A stretch of 24,105 nucleotides of DNA from Nitrososphaerota archaeon (GTDB taxonomy: Archaea; Thermoproteota; Nitrososphaeria; Nitrososphaerales; JAPUIC01): positions 1-24,105 of the forward strand of contig JAPUIC010000103.1 of assembly GCA_027297425.1 (NCBI GenBank). Reading direction: 5' to 3'. Every line of letters starts with the position of its first letter. The stretch's first letter is position 1. The position numbers and the translations under genes were made by a program. This document shows, piece after piece, positions 8,282 to 16,702 of this stretch. A model generated the notes under the pieces. The model searched no databases. It was not told the DNA's origin and saw nothing but the letters and a program-made list of their open reading frames with translations.

Positions 8282-9733
8282 TTGCCGCCACCAATGAAAA
8301 AAATTTCTGACGTAGTTTGGGAGATTCCTAAAAGCTACAAAGCAGGTATGCTAACTCCTGCCAGGATAATTGCCACGAAGAAGATACTACAAGAGATGGA
8401 TGAACAAGTATACGAACAGTTGACCAATGTTGCAACCTTACCGGGACTGATTAATCACGCGCTGTGCATGCCCGATGGTCATAGCGGTTACGGTTTTCCG
8501 ATAGGTGGGGTAGCAGCCATGGATGCTGAGAACGGCGTTATCTCCCCAGGAGGTATAGGATTTGACATCAATTGCGGAATGAGGCTCGTACTTACAAACT
8601 TGACTGCCGACGATGTTAAGCCACATCTCAAGAAATTAGTTGATGAACTCTACCTAAAGGTACCTGCAGGAGTAGGTAGTAAGGGTTTTGTGAAGCTCAG
8701 TCATAATGAGTTCAAGGAAGCTGTTGAAATGGGTGCAAAATGGTGTGTTGAGAAGGGTTATGGTTGGGAGGAGGATCTAAGGCGGATCGAAGAAGATGGC
8801 TGCATGGAGGGTGCTGATTCCTCGAAAATATCGATTAGATCCATTCAACGGGGAGTTGATCAGATCGGAACTCTTGGGTCTGGGAACCATTATCTTGAGA
8901 TTCAAGTTGTAAAGCCAGAGTTCATCTTCGATAAAGACGCCGCCAAAACTCTTGGAATATTCCCTAATCAAGTAGTAATAATGTTTCATTGTGGGAGTAG
9001 AGGATTCGGTCATCAGGTAGCAACCGACTATCTTCAAACATTCTTATCGGTCATGCATAGCAAGTACGGTATACGAATCCTTGACAGAGAGCTGGCTTGT
9101 GCCCCCTTTAATTCGCCAGAGGGTCAAAATTATTTCGCAGGAATGAAATGCGGGGTCAATATGTCATTCATGAATAGGCAGGTAATTCTTCATCGTATTA
9201 GAGAGGTCTTCTCATCTATATTTCGCTCGGAACCAGAGGATCTAGGCCTACATATGGTATACGATGTCGCTCATAATACAGCTAAACTCGAGAAGCATAC
9301 CGTAAATGGGGAGAAAAAAGAAGTATTGGTACATAGAAAGGGAGCCACTAAGGCTTTTGGTCCGAATTCAGAAGGGCTTCCTCCTGAATTTGCTAAGCTC
9401 GGTCAACCTGTAATCATCGGTGGTAGTATGGAGACAGGGTCGTATCTTCTACTGGGGACTGAGACTGCTATGAAAGAAAGTTTCGGGAGCACTTGTCATG
9501 GAAGCGGTAGGACTATGAGTCGAACTAGAGCCAGACACCTTTTCCGAGGCGATAAGCTACAAAGAGATATGGAGCAGAGAGGAATATATGTCAAAAGCGT
9601 CTCATATTCCGGTTTAGCGGAAGAAGCTGGAGCAGCCTACAAGGACATAGACGAGGTTGTAGGGGCAGTAGATCAGGCGGGAATTTCCAAGAAAGTAGTT
9701 CGGTTCATACCTATAGGGAACGTTAAGGGTTAA
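8282..9733 (+). CDS. rtcB: tRNA-splicing ligase RtcB (start TTG 8282 or ATG 8294)
   Basis: ALCMPDGHSGYGFPIGGVAAMD, GGIGFDINCGMRL, LGSGNHYLEIQ, MFHCGSRGFGHQVATDY, VYDVAHNTAKLE, CHGSGRTMSRTRA. Confidence 0.95.
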   Translation: MPPPMKKISDVVWEIPKSYKAGMLTPARIIATKKILQEMDEQVYEQLTNVATLPGLINHALCMPDGHSGYGFPIGGVAAMDAENGVISPGGIGFDINCGMRLVLTNLTADDVKPHLKKLVDELYLKVPAGVGSKGFVKLSHNEFKEAVEMGAKWCVEKGYGWEEDLRRIEEDGCMEGADSSKISIRSIQRGVDQIGTLGSGNHYLEIQVVKPEFIFDKDAAKTLGIFPNQVVIMFHCGSRGFGHQVATDYLQTFLSVMHSKYGIRILDRELACAPFNSPEGQNYFAGMKCGVNMSFMNRQVILHRIREVFSSIFRSEPEDLGLHMVYDVAHNTAKLEKHTVNGEKKEVLVHRKGATKAFGPNSEGLPPEFAKLGQPVIIGGSMETGSYLLLGTETAMKESFGSTCHGSGRTMSRTRARHLFRGDKLQRDMEQRGIYVKSVSYSGLAEEAGAAYKDIDEVVGAVDQAGISKKVVRFIPIGNVKG

Positions 9734-9749
9734 TTAAATCGCAGAACAT

Positions 9750-10649
9750 ATGAAGACACCCGTTTCGATCCTAACAGGATATCTCGGTAGTGGAAAAACT
9801 ACTCTCCTACGGCGGATATTGAATGAGACCACAAAGAAGGTAGCGGTTATTATCAACGAGTTTGGAGATATCGGAATTGATGGGAGAGTGATCAAGGGCA
9901 AGAATGTCAATATGATCGAGCTGACGGGAGGTTGTGTCTGTTGCTCTTTAGAAGGAGAGTTCAAAGCCGCCATCAAAGAAATAATTACGAAGACAAATCC
10001 TGAATTAATCTTGGTCGAGACGACAGGTGTGGCAGAACCGGAAGCAATTGCTTTCGACCTAGAAGAAAGCCTTCCAGAAGTTAGACTGGATTCCGTTATC
10101 ACTGTGGTTGATGCGGACGGGATCATGATGTTCCCTAGCATAGGCCATACTGGACGGGTTCAGATCGAGATGGGAGATGTAATTCTCGTAAATAAGATAG
10201 ATTTAGTTAATCCTAGAGATATCATAAAGGTAGAGAAGAAGCTCCACGAAATTAACGGGAAAGCTACACTTTTTCGAACGTATAAATGTGAAATTGATTC
10301 TGAGTTACTCTTTGGGACATATACAACTAAAACCACTGAACAGATGCACAAACACAAACATGACCCAAAGATAGATTTATTCCAAATTTCAGTCGACCAA
10401 GAGATTCAAAGAGAAGGGCTCTCTGATTTTTTATCGTCACTACCCAGAGAGGTGTACCGAGCGAAGGGATTGATTGTGATAAAGAATCATGGGTTGCACC
10501 TTCTGAACTACGTTGTAGGTCGATGGGATCTGGAACCTATGCCCGGTAATTATTCATCTGGAAATCAATTAGTCTTCATCGGAGAGAGAGTAGGAAGTAA
10601 GAAAAAAGTGATAACCGAAAAGTTGAACGAAGTATTGATGAGAAAGTAG
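9750..10649 (+). CDS. CobW/G3E-family GTPase
   Basis: 299 aa ORF: VSILTGYLGSGKTTLLRRIL (Walker A), VIINEFGDIGIDG, ELTGGCVCCSLEGEF, LVETTGVAEPE, LVNKIDLV. Confidence 0.92.
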   Translation: MKTPVSILTGYLGSGKTTLLRRILNETTKKVAVIINEFGDIGIDGRVIKGKNVNMIELTGGCVCCSLEGEFKAAIKEIITKTNPELILVETTGVAEPEAIAFDLEESLPEVRLDSVITVVDADGIMMFPSIGHTGRVQIEMGDVILVNKIDLVNPRDIIKVEKKLHEINGKATLFRTYKCEIDSELLFGTYTTKTTEQMHKHKHDPKIDLFQISVDQEIQREGLSDFLSSLPREVYRAKGLIVIKNHGLHLLNYVVGRWDLEPMPGNYSSGNQLVFIGERVGSKKKVITEKLNEVLMRK

Positions 10650-10779
10650 ACCTGAAGGTAGGTCATTCCAAAAGGTGGTCTCAACTCTTTCAAGGTTATC
10701 AATACTATGCCCTTAAAGGAGACATTTACTCGTTTTGCTCCCGTTACAAAATTGAGTCTGAAGAACCCGTAGTCATAGG

Positions 10780-11865
10780 TCAAGGTTTGATTAGAGCTTT
10801 GATCGAACGGCTATAAGGTGGCTTAGCTATCCCTCGCTCGGTTACAATAGTATCGATGAGATGAGGAGGAGTCAAATCAAAAGCTGGATTTAGAATTGGA
10901 ACGCCCTTTGCAGCAATTCGCTTTCCTCTGATCGTTGTTACTTCCGCTGGGTCTCTCTCTTCGATTGTGATGTCCTTAGTATCAGACTGCAGATCGAATG
11001 ATGATGATGGAGCTGCCACGATAAACGGTATGTTGAACGTCTTTGCAAGAATCGCTAACTGAGAGGTCCCTATCTTGTTAAAGATGTGGCCATCACGCAT
11101 TATACGATCTGCGCCCACTATTACCTTATCGACCATACCGTTAGCCATTATATGGCCTACAGCAGTATCTGTGAGCAATTTGCATTGGAACCCATCCCTA
11201 GCCAGCTCAAACGCAGTTAATCTAGAGCCCTGTAGGGCTGGCCGTGTTTCTGGGACGTAAACAGTGATTCGTTTACCTTGTTTTTTAGCTGTCCTCAGTA
11301 TTCCTAAAGCAGTACCATAACCGACTGTTGCGAGTGCTCCCGCGCTCTGCTGACCTAAAGGTCATTTACAGTGTGTGAGCACGCTATCGCCATCATGGAG
11401 TAACTTAGAGCCATGTTCACCCATTTTCAGATTTCCAGCTACATCATCTTCGGCCATTTTGAGAGCGCTCTTTTTCACGGCGGCTTTAATGTTGGTCCCG
11501 TCTTTTAGTGCTTTTTTGCCATCCTTCAGAACTACGTCCGTGGCCCAGACAATATTTACCGCTGTCGGCCGAGTCTTCACCAATTCTCTGGATGCATGCT
11601 CTAGCTCCCGGATGAGTTCCTCGCTAGTCCCATTAGTTTTTGTAGCTACGAGGGCCATTCCCATGGCTGCAGTAACGCCTATGGCTGGAGCACCTCTTAC
11701 AACCATTTTTTTTATCGAACGAACAATGTCGTTAAGAGTTTTGCACTTTACGAAGGTCAGAGAGTTTGGGAGTTTTGTCTGATCTATGAGAACAACTGAA
11801 TTGTCCTCCTCGTCCCACTTGACGGTTCGCATCGAGTAGAAGGTTTCCATGTCTAAAGTTTCCAA
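10780..11865 (-). CDS. mtnA: MtnA-type S-methyl-5-thioribose-1-phosphate isomerase (eIF2B-alpha-like family), interrupted by a predicted 21-nt intron. Exons 11865..11366 and 11344..10780, 354 aa after removal. The start may be internal (ATG 11850 or 11832).
   Basis: Exon 1 has MRTVKW, VRGAPAIGVTAAMGMAL, RPTAVNIVWA and LLHDGDSVLTHC. Exon 2 has NAGALATVGYGTALG, VYVPETRPALQGSRLTAFELARDG, LLTDTAVGHIM, VIVGADRIMRDGHIFNKIGT and IPFIVAAPSSSFD. Exon lengths of 500 and 565 nt sum to 1065 nt, a multiple of 3. The supplied ORF track splits it into 11362..11865 and 10780..11178. Confidence 0.9.
11345..11365 (-). other. Predicted BHB-type intron (21 nt) within the mtnA mRNA
   Basis: RNA sense CUGU AA^A UGACC UUUA GGUCA GCAG AG^C. 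Central helix CUGU:GCAG (one G-U), 3-nt bulges AAA and AGC, 5-bp intron stem UGACC:GGUCA with a UUUA loop. A distal 6-bp helix GUGCUC:GAGCAC lies outside in the exons. Removal gives ..CAC TGT AA|C GCG GGA.. = H C N A G. Confidence 0.8.
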
Positions 11866-11903
11866 AAGGTCTAATTAAGCGTGTCTGACGAGTCCAGAAT
11901 ATA

Positions 11904-12467
11904 TTGAGTGAAGAAACAAGTACCGAAGAGGAGCTAACAACTTTTGTTGGTCAGTTATCCGCCAACGGAGTAACGCTTACCGATACTTTGGTTATTGAGG
12001 AGTTGACTAAAAGAGGTTATGGCGATATGGAGAAGAAGAAACTGGTGCTGAGGGATTACGAAATGCTGTACCTCACCCAAGTAGGAAAGATGACTGTCCT
12101 CAGGGGTAAGAAGCAGGTGAAATATGAGGATCTGGTGGAAGAAGCTCTTGAACGAGATTCCACTGCTTGGACTCGATTTCTTGTGTATCGAGACCTCAGG
12201 AGTAGAGGATATGTTGCTAAAGAAGGGTTCGGCTTTGGAGTAGATTTCAGATTATATGATAGGGGAGACTTCGGGGGCAAGGCTGCCAGATATGTTGTCT
12301 TCGGACTAAATGAGGGGACAGAGAAAGAAGCAGAGAGTTTTCGAAAAGTAGGGGAGGATATCTTGAAGATGGGCAAAGAGCCAATATTGGCCGTTGTAGA
12401 AAGAAGAGGTGAGATCATCTACTATAAAGTGTCGAAGTGGAGGCCTACGAAGTCAACTCCGAAGTAA
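11904..12467 (+). CDS. endA: tRNA-intron (splicing) endonuclease family protein, possibly an altered or structural subunit (TTG start)
   Basis: 187 aa ORF: FLVYRDLRSRGYVAKEGFGFGVDFRLYDRGDFGGKAARYVVF..., ILAVVERRGEIIYYKVSKW, matching the EndA C-terminal nuclease-like domain. The usual H in the H-S/T-x-Y/W segment is not evident. Confidence 0.82.
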   Translation: MSEETSTEEELTTFVGQLSANGVTLTDTLVIEELTKRGYGDMEKKKLVLRDYEMLYLTQVGKMTVLRGKKQVKYEDLVEEALERDSTAWTRFLVYRDLRSRGYVAKEGFGFGVDFRLYDRGDFGGKAARYVVFGLNEGTEKEAESFRKVGEDILKMGKEPILAVVERRGEIIYYKVSKWRPTKSTPK

Positions 12468-12492
12468 CCATTGAGAGTTTTCGATACTAAAA

Positions 12493-13338
12493 ATGGGGAT
12501 TCCAGGCTATTTAGAAATACTTAGACCTGCCAATTCTATAATGGTTGGGTTCGCAGTCATTGTTGGTTCGCTGATCGCCCAGCCTTTTCTGAGTTTTGAT
12601 TACAGCGTATTGTTATCTGGTTTCCTAACGGGATTCCTGATATCTTCCTTTGCGATGGTCATAAATGATTACTATGATGCCGAGGTTGACAGACTGAACC
12701 AGCCTGGCCGGCCTTTACCTAGCAATAGAGTCACGGTTAGAGGAGTCAAGACCCTAAGTATTTTGTTGTTGGTCTCCGGACTGCTATCTTCATTTTATCT
12801 CGGATTCTTGACCCTGATCATAGCAACTATCTTCGCCTTTATTTCATGGTTGTATAGCTATCGTGTTAAAAAAATTGGAATGTTCGGGAATTCTCTGGTT
12901 GCTTTATCATTGGCGATTCCGTATATTTATGGAGGTTTCGCAGTACTATTTCCTTGGGACGAATTGGTATGGTTTCTCGCTGTTACGTCATTCTCGGCTG
13001 GAATGGGTAGAGAGATAGTCAAGACAATTTCAGACGTTGAGGGAGACCGCCTCCGTGATATCAGATCGGTTGCCTTGATGTTAGGTCCAAAGAAAGCCGC
13101 CCTTTTTGGGTCTATATTTTTTCTAGGAGCCATACTACTCAGCCTAGGCCCATTATTTCGATCTCTGGTTGGTCTCCCATATTTTATTCTGATCCCTGTC
13201 CCTTGGGCAATATTCGTTTATTCTTCATTCAGCATTATGAGAACTCCTTCATCGCAGGGAGCTATCCGGATCAAGAAATTAGCCTTGGTCGGAATGATGT
13301 TTGGGCTATTTGCTTACTTAGCTGAAGGCATTTTATAG
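12493..13338 (+). CDS. UbiA-family prenyltransferase, likely geranylgeranylglycerol-phosphate geranylgeranyltransferase
   Basis: 281 aa polytopic ORF with MVINDYYDAEVDRLNQPGRPLPS and GREIVKTISDVEGDRLRDIRS, the two Asp-rich UbiA motifs of archaeal DGGGP synthases. Confidence 0.88.
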   Translation: MGIPGYLEILRPANSIMVGFAVIVGSLIAQPFLSFDYSVLLSGFLTGFLISSFAMVINDYYDAEVDRLNQPGRPLPSNRVTVRGVKTLSILLLVSGLLSSFYLGFLTLIIATIFAFISWLYSYRVKKIGMFGNSLVALSLAIPYIYGGFAVLFPWDELVWFLAVTSFSAGMGREIVKTISDVEGDRLRDIRSVALMLGPKKAALFGSIFFLGAILLSLGPLFRSLVGLPYFILIPVPWAIFVYSSFSIMRTPSSQGAIRIKKLALVGMMFGLFAYLAEGIL

Positions 13339-13431
13339 GCTACTCAAATTTAATAAGATACAATATAGCTATGGTTTCAGCTTATTACCATTTGGGTGGT
13401 GATATGGTTTTAGCTTGTTACTAGAAGCTGG

Positions 13432-14430
13432 TTAAGGCTCGGATTGATCCTTAGCATGACCGATTTCCAATTTTTTTGATGAACCCCCCAATGATCCTAG
13501 ATGTGCTAAAAGTGCGGCCATCTGTATATCCGGGTTTGCGCCACGAACGAGGCGATAGTCATACTCTGAGATCAACTTCGCAATCTCACCTAAGTTGGGA
13601 TCGTCTATCCTGAAGAGTTCATCACCTGCATATTTGATAAAATCTGCTTCGGATAGTCCTTGAACTTTGGTCAACTGTATTAACTCCGACCTAGCTTTTG
13701 AAAATTGTCCGTCTAATGCTAGATTAATGATCTCGCCAACCTTTCCCTTATGAGTAATACCACTAACTCTTTCTATAGTTTCGGCATCTATCTTGTCCAG
13801 TAGTGAAGCGCCTTGAAGGAGGTTTATGGCCTGCCTCATATCACCGTTTGAAATATCATAAATTTTTGATAGTCCGGCTTCATCACATTGCAAACTTTCA
13901 TCGCGGCAAATCTTCTCTAAACGACTTACTACTTCCTCTTTTGGGAGACGTGGAAATCTGATGATAGCGCATCTACTTTGTAAGGGTTCGATTATTCCAG
14001 AAGAGTAATTGCAGACCATTATGAATCTCGTGAACCTCGAACTCTCCTCCATGATTCGTCGTAGAGCGGTTTGAGCGCTATTCGTCATTTCATCTGCTTC
14101 ATCTAGTATTATTATTCTATATGGGGCATTCATTGCTAGATGTCGAGAAAAGATCTTAACCTTATCCCTGACGTCTCCGATACCTCTCTCGTCTGACGCG
14201 TTCATTTCCAAGGTATAATCTCTCCAAGGCTCACCCAGGATCTTCTGAGCTACAATCAAGGCAGCAGAAGTCTTCCCGGTTCCCGGCGGCCCAGAGAACA
14301 ACAAATGGGGCATTTCTTTCGGATTCTCTAATAGTGAACCTAGCCTAGTGACAACATTAGACTGACCTATTAGGTCTCGTATTTCATGAGGCCTATATTT
14401 CTCAACCCACATCTGCCCTTCGGAAGACAC
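13432..14430 (-). CDS. rfcS: Replication factor C small subunit
   Basis: 332 aa ORF: MWVEKYRPHEIRDLIGQ, LLFSGPPGTGKTSAA, RIIILDEADEMTNSAQTALRRIMEESS, SRCAIIRFPRL. Confidence 0.95.
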   Translation of the reverse strand: MSSEGQMWVEKYRPHEIRDLIGQSNVVTRLGSLLENPKEMPHLLFSGPPGTGKTSAALIVAQKILGEPWRDYTLEMNASDERGIGDVRDKVKIFSRHLAMNAPYRIIILDEADEMTNSAQTALRRIMEESSRFTRFIMVCNYSSGIIEPLQSRCAIIRFPRLPKEEVVSRLEKICRDESLQCDEAGLSKIYDISNGDMRQAINLLQGASLLDKIDAETIERVSGITHKGKVGEIINLALDGQFSKARSELIQLTKVQGLSEADFIKYAGDELFRIDDPNLGEIAKLISEYDYRLVRGANPDIQMAALLAHLGSLGGSSKKLEIGHAKDQSEP

Positions 14431-14463
14431 TATAATTCCCCAACTTCGGTCGTGATAACCATT

Positions 14464-16116
14464 TTAAACATTATCAGTTTTCAGCTTGTCACGTATCAGG
14501 GTGGCTTCCTTGTCAAATACTCGTCTAGTGCTGTCATCTGGAATTAATCGTTCAGTGAATTCGGTCCGATTATATGCATGGGCTAACAGTAAAAACTGCA
14601 TGTCATATGCAGTTGCTTTAGCAAATGATTCGTGGTGATTATAACCCACTTGTCTAGCAATAGATCTCAATATTTTAGAATCGTTCCATACTCTAAAACG
14701 GATAGTCCAGAACGCTGGATCATGTTCGTGAAATGACCAATCGTCGGCCTTTACAGAGAATAATATTGAGGCCAGCTGAGTATCGAAGTATTTGAGGAAT
14801 CGATATCTCTTTTCAATTTCTATTGTCCGGACCAGTAAGTCTAGGTCGGATAGAGCTCTTAGTGATGTAAGTAGTCTATCACTCGGGATGGACTTTGTGT
14901 TCGATATGATATTTTGGAAGGCAGCTCTGATCTTTTCCATGACATTCGATACATCACAATCGGAGAGTGCTGCGCGTGCTTCATTATAATCATGGGCCAT
15001 GAATACCTTATTGAACGTCTCCCTCATGCTAAGTCGGGAGTCACGTTCGAAGAACTTGGCAATGCCATGCTCTTCTTTGTTGGCTTGGAGTGTGTTTAGG
15101 GCGCCTCTAAAGTCGCCTCGAGAACTTCTAACTAACTCCTCCAACTTCACGTCGCTCATGACTAAATTCTCTTTCTCCAAAACTGATGTAAGGTAGAGAC
15201 CTATCTGTCGTGGGAGAGCCCTATTCAATCTAAGAAGAAGTACGTTCTTTGAGTTATACCCTGCTATCTTTTGAACACGAGCGTCATATTCTGAATTTGC
15301 AGACATTACCAGAGGAAGAGATTTCGCAGCAATAATTTCCTTAATGAAGTCAGCTCCTCCATAATCATCTCTTCCATACATGCCATCGACTTCATCTAGG
15401 AAGATGAGCCGTTTCTCTGAGAATAGAGATGATGAGGTTAATGCGGGACCTAATGCTGATCGCATTTTCTCTCTGGTCCGGACGTCGCTAGCATTGAGCT
15501 CCATCATGCTATAACCAAGCTCAGCTGATCCAGTTTGTACGAGTGTGCTCTTTCCGGTTCCGGGTCCCCCGACTAAGAGAACTGGCTTATCGCCTGCCTT
15601 CCAATTTGAAAGCCACTTCAAGAATTTGATTCGAACTGCCTCATTAGACACTAACGCGGAAACAACCAAAGGTCGGTATCGTTCTGCCCACATGACGCCA
15701 TCTCGATCTGGCGGAGGTGTCCTTGGAATCGCGTGTTCACCATCCATGAGGTCGTTTATGCCACTGGCGAACGCAAGAGAATATTCTCCAAGATTTTCCG
15801 CGCCTTGCTTATGACTCTCGCAGAGACAGAATTTAGAATCTCTAGGACAGATGTCAAAATAAGTACAACTCTTACAATCAATTTTTTCTCTACAGGTAAA
15901 ACATTTGATCTCCGATAGAGTAGTTGCAACCGTAACCGTTTCGCTTAAGGCAGTCCCTATCAGATCAAGTGCATTTTTCAAATTAGTCCGATCATCAACC
16001 ATAAACCCCTTATCATGATCATACTTTACCCCAGACCTCATCAGCGCAGCGAAAACCTCTCTGTCCAACCGAGGAAGACGGAACCGTTCATTTGGTATTA
16101 TTTCGATACTATTCAC
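14464..16116 (-). CDS. rfcL: Replication factor C large subunit with a long N-terminal extension
   Basis: 550 aa ORF: VMWAERYRPL, LLVGGPGTGKSTLVQ, MMELNASDVRTREKM, LIFLDEVDGMYGRDDYGG. About 141 residues including a Cys-rich segment precede the AAA+ core. Confidence 0.9.
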   Translation of the reverse strand: MNSIEIIPNERFRLPRLDREVFAALMRSGVKYDHDKGFMVDDRTNLKNALDLIGTALSETVTVATTLSEIKCFTCREKIDCKSCTYFDICPRDSKFCLCESHKQGAENLGEYSLAFASGINDLMDGEHAIPRTPPPDRDGVMWAERYRPLVVSALVSNEAVRIKFLKWLSNWKAGDKPVLLVGGPGTGKSTLVQTGSAELGYSMMELNASDVRTREKMRSALGPALTSSSLFSEKRLIFLDEVDGMYGRDDYGGADFIKEIIAAKSLPLVMSANSEYDARVQKIAGYNSKNVLLLRLNRALPRQIGLYLTSVLEKENLVMSDVKLEELVRSSRGDFRGALNTLQANKEEHGIAKFFERDSRLSMRETFNKVFMAHDYNEARAALSDCDVSNVMEKIRAAFQNIISNTKSIPSDRLLTSLRALSDLDLLVRTIEIEKRYRFLKYFDTQLASILFSVKADDWSFHEHDPAFWTIRFRVWNDSKILRSIARQVGYNHHESFAKATAYDMQFLLLAHAYNRTEFTERLIPDDSTRRVFDKEATLIRDKLKTDNV

Positions 16117-16144
16117 CCTATAATCCAGAGGTCTGGGATAGCAC

Positions 16145-16702
16145 CTAGGAACTAGAGATCAGAAATGCGTGGGGAAGCTCGGGCAATAGAAGACTCAAAG
16201 CCGTTCGCACGCCATCTGGCGATCCAGGTAAGCAAAAAACCAGTTTACCTTTGTCAAGAGTTCCACCGATTGCTCTAGTGAGTAAAGCTGGAGACCCGAT
16301 TTTGCGGTAAGTGATGCCCCTAAAGATCTCCCCAAAGCCTTCAATTTCCTTAGTTATCAAGGGTTTTACCGCTTCGATAGTAACATCCCTTTCAGAGATT
16401 CCAGTTCCACCCATTATTAACACAACATCGGCCTTCTCTTCAAGGATGGCCTTGAGTAGTTCTAGACGTATGGACCATAGATCGTCATTGAGTAACTTCC
16501 TGGTTGTTCGTTCATGACCTGCGCGTTTGATCATTTGTTCTGCTATATCTCCTGACTCATCCGTGAGTTCGTCGCGCTTCTCCTTTTGTTGGAAAAATTT
16601 AGACGTACTAACCGTTAGTAAACCGATCTTCAGTTTTTGTGGGGCTCTCTTTCTATGTTCTTCATGAGCCTTAACTCTTATCTTTCTGTCTCGATTAGCC
16701 AT
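16145..16702 (-). CDS. moaB: Molybdopterin adenylyltransferase MoaB-like
   Basis: 185 aa ORF: IGLLTVSTSKF, DESGDIAEQMIKRAGH, DVVLIMGGTGISERDVTIEAVKPLI, VFCLPGSPDGVRTAL. Confidence 0.92.
   Translation of the reverse strand: MANRDRKIRVKAHEEHRKRAPQKLKIGLLTVSTSKFFQQKEKRDELTDESGDIAEQMIKRAGHERTTRKLLNDDLWSIRLELLKAILEEKADVVLIMGGTGISERDVTIEAVKPLITKEIEGFGEIFRGITYRKIGSPALLTRAIGGTLDKGKLVFCLPGSPDGVRTALSLLLPELPHAFLISSS

Noticed and set aside
9734-10141. 135-aa minus-strand ORF
   Set aside because: Antisense to the G3E GTPase gene, whose Walker A and CVCC motifs are unambiguous.
10565-10783. 72-aa minus-strand ORF downstream of mtnA (TTG start overlapping the mtnA stop)
   Set aside because: The first ~45 residues look somewhat protein-like, but there is no ATG, it runs antisense into the well-supported G3E GTPase gene, and no family is recognised.
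11345-11368. Selenocysteine or stop-codon readthrough at the mtnA TGA
   Set aside because: Readthrough would insert about seven extra residues (PLGQQS region) right after the catalytic Cys and would lose the conserved Asn. The hairpin is in the right place for a BHB, not a recognisable archaeal SECIS, which normally lies in the UTR.
11375-11782. 135-aa plus-strand ORF
   Set aside because: Antisense shadow of mtnA exon 1. No recognisable motif.
10780-11865. mtnA as a simple pseudogene or two separate genes, as the ORF track suggests (11362..11865 and 10780..11178)
   Set aside because: The frame is preserved, both halves are otherwise intact with all hallmark motifs, and the single 21-nt excess has BHB-like structure whose cut sites match the protein-required junction. 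A pseudogene or assembly error cannot be fully excluded without RNA data.
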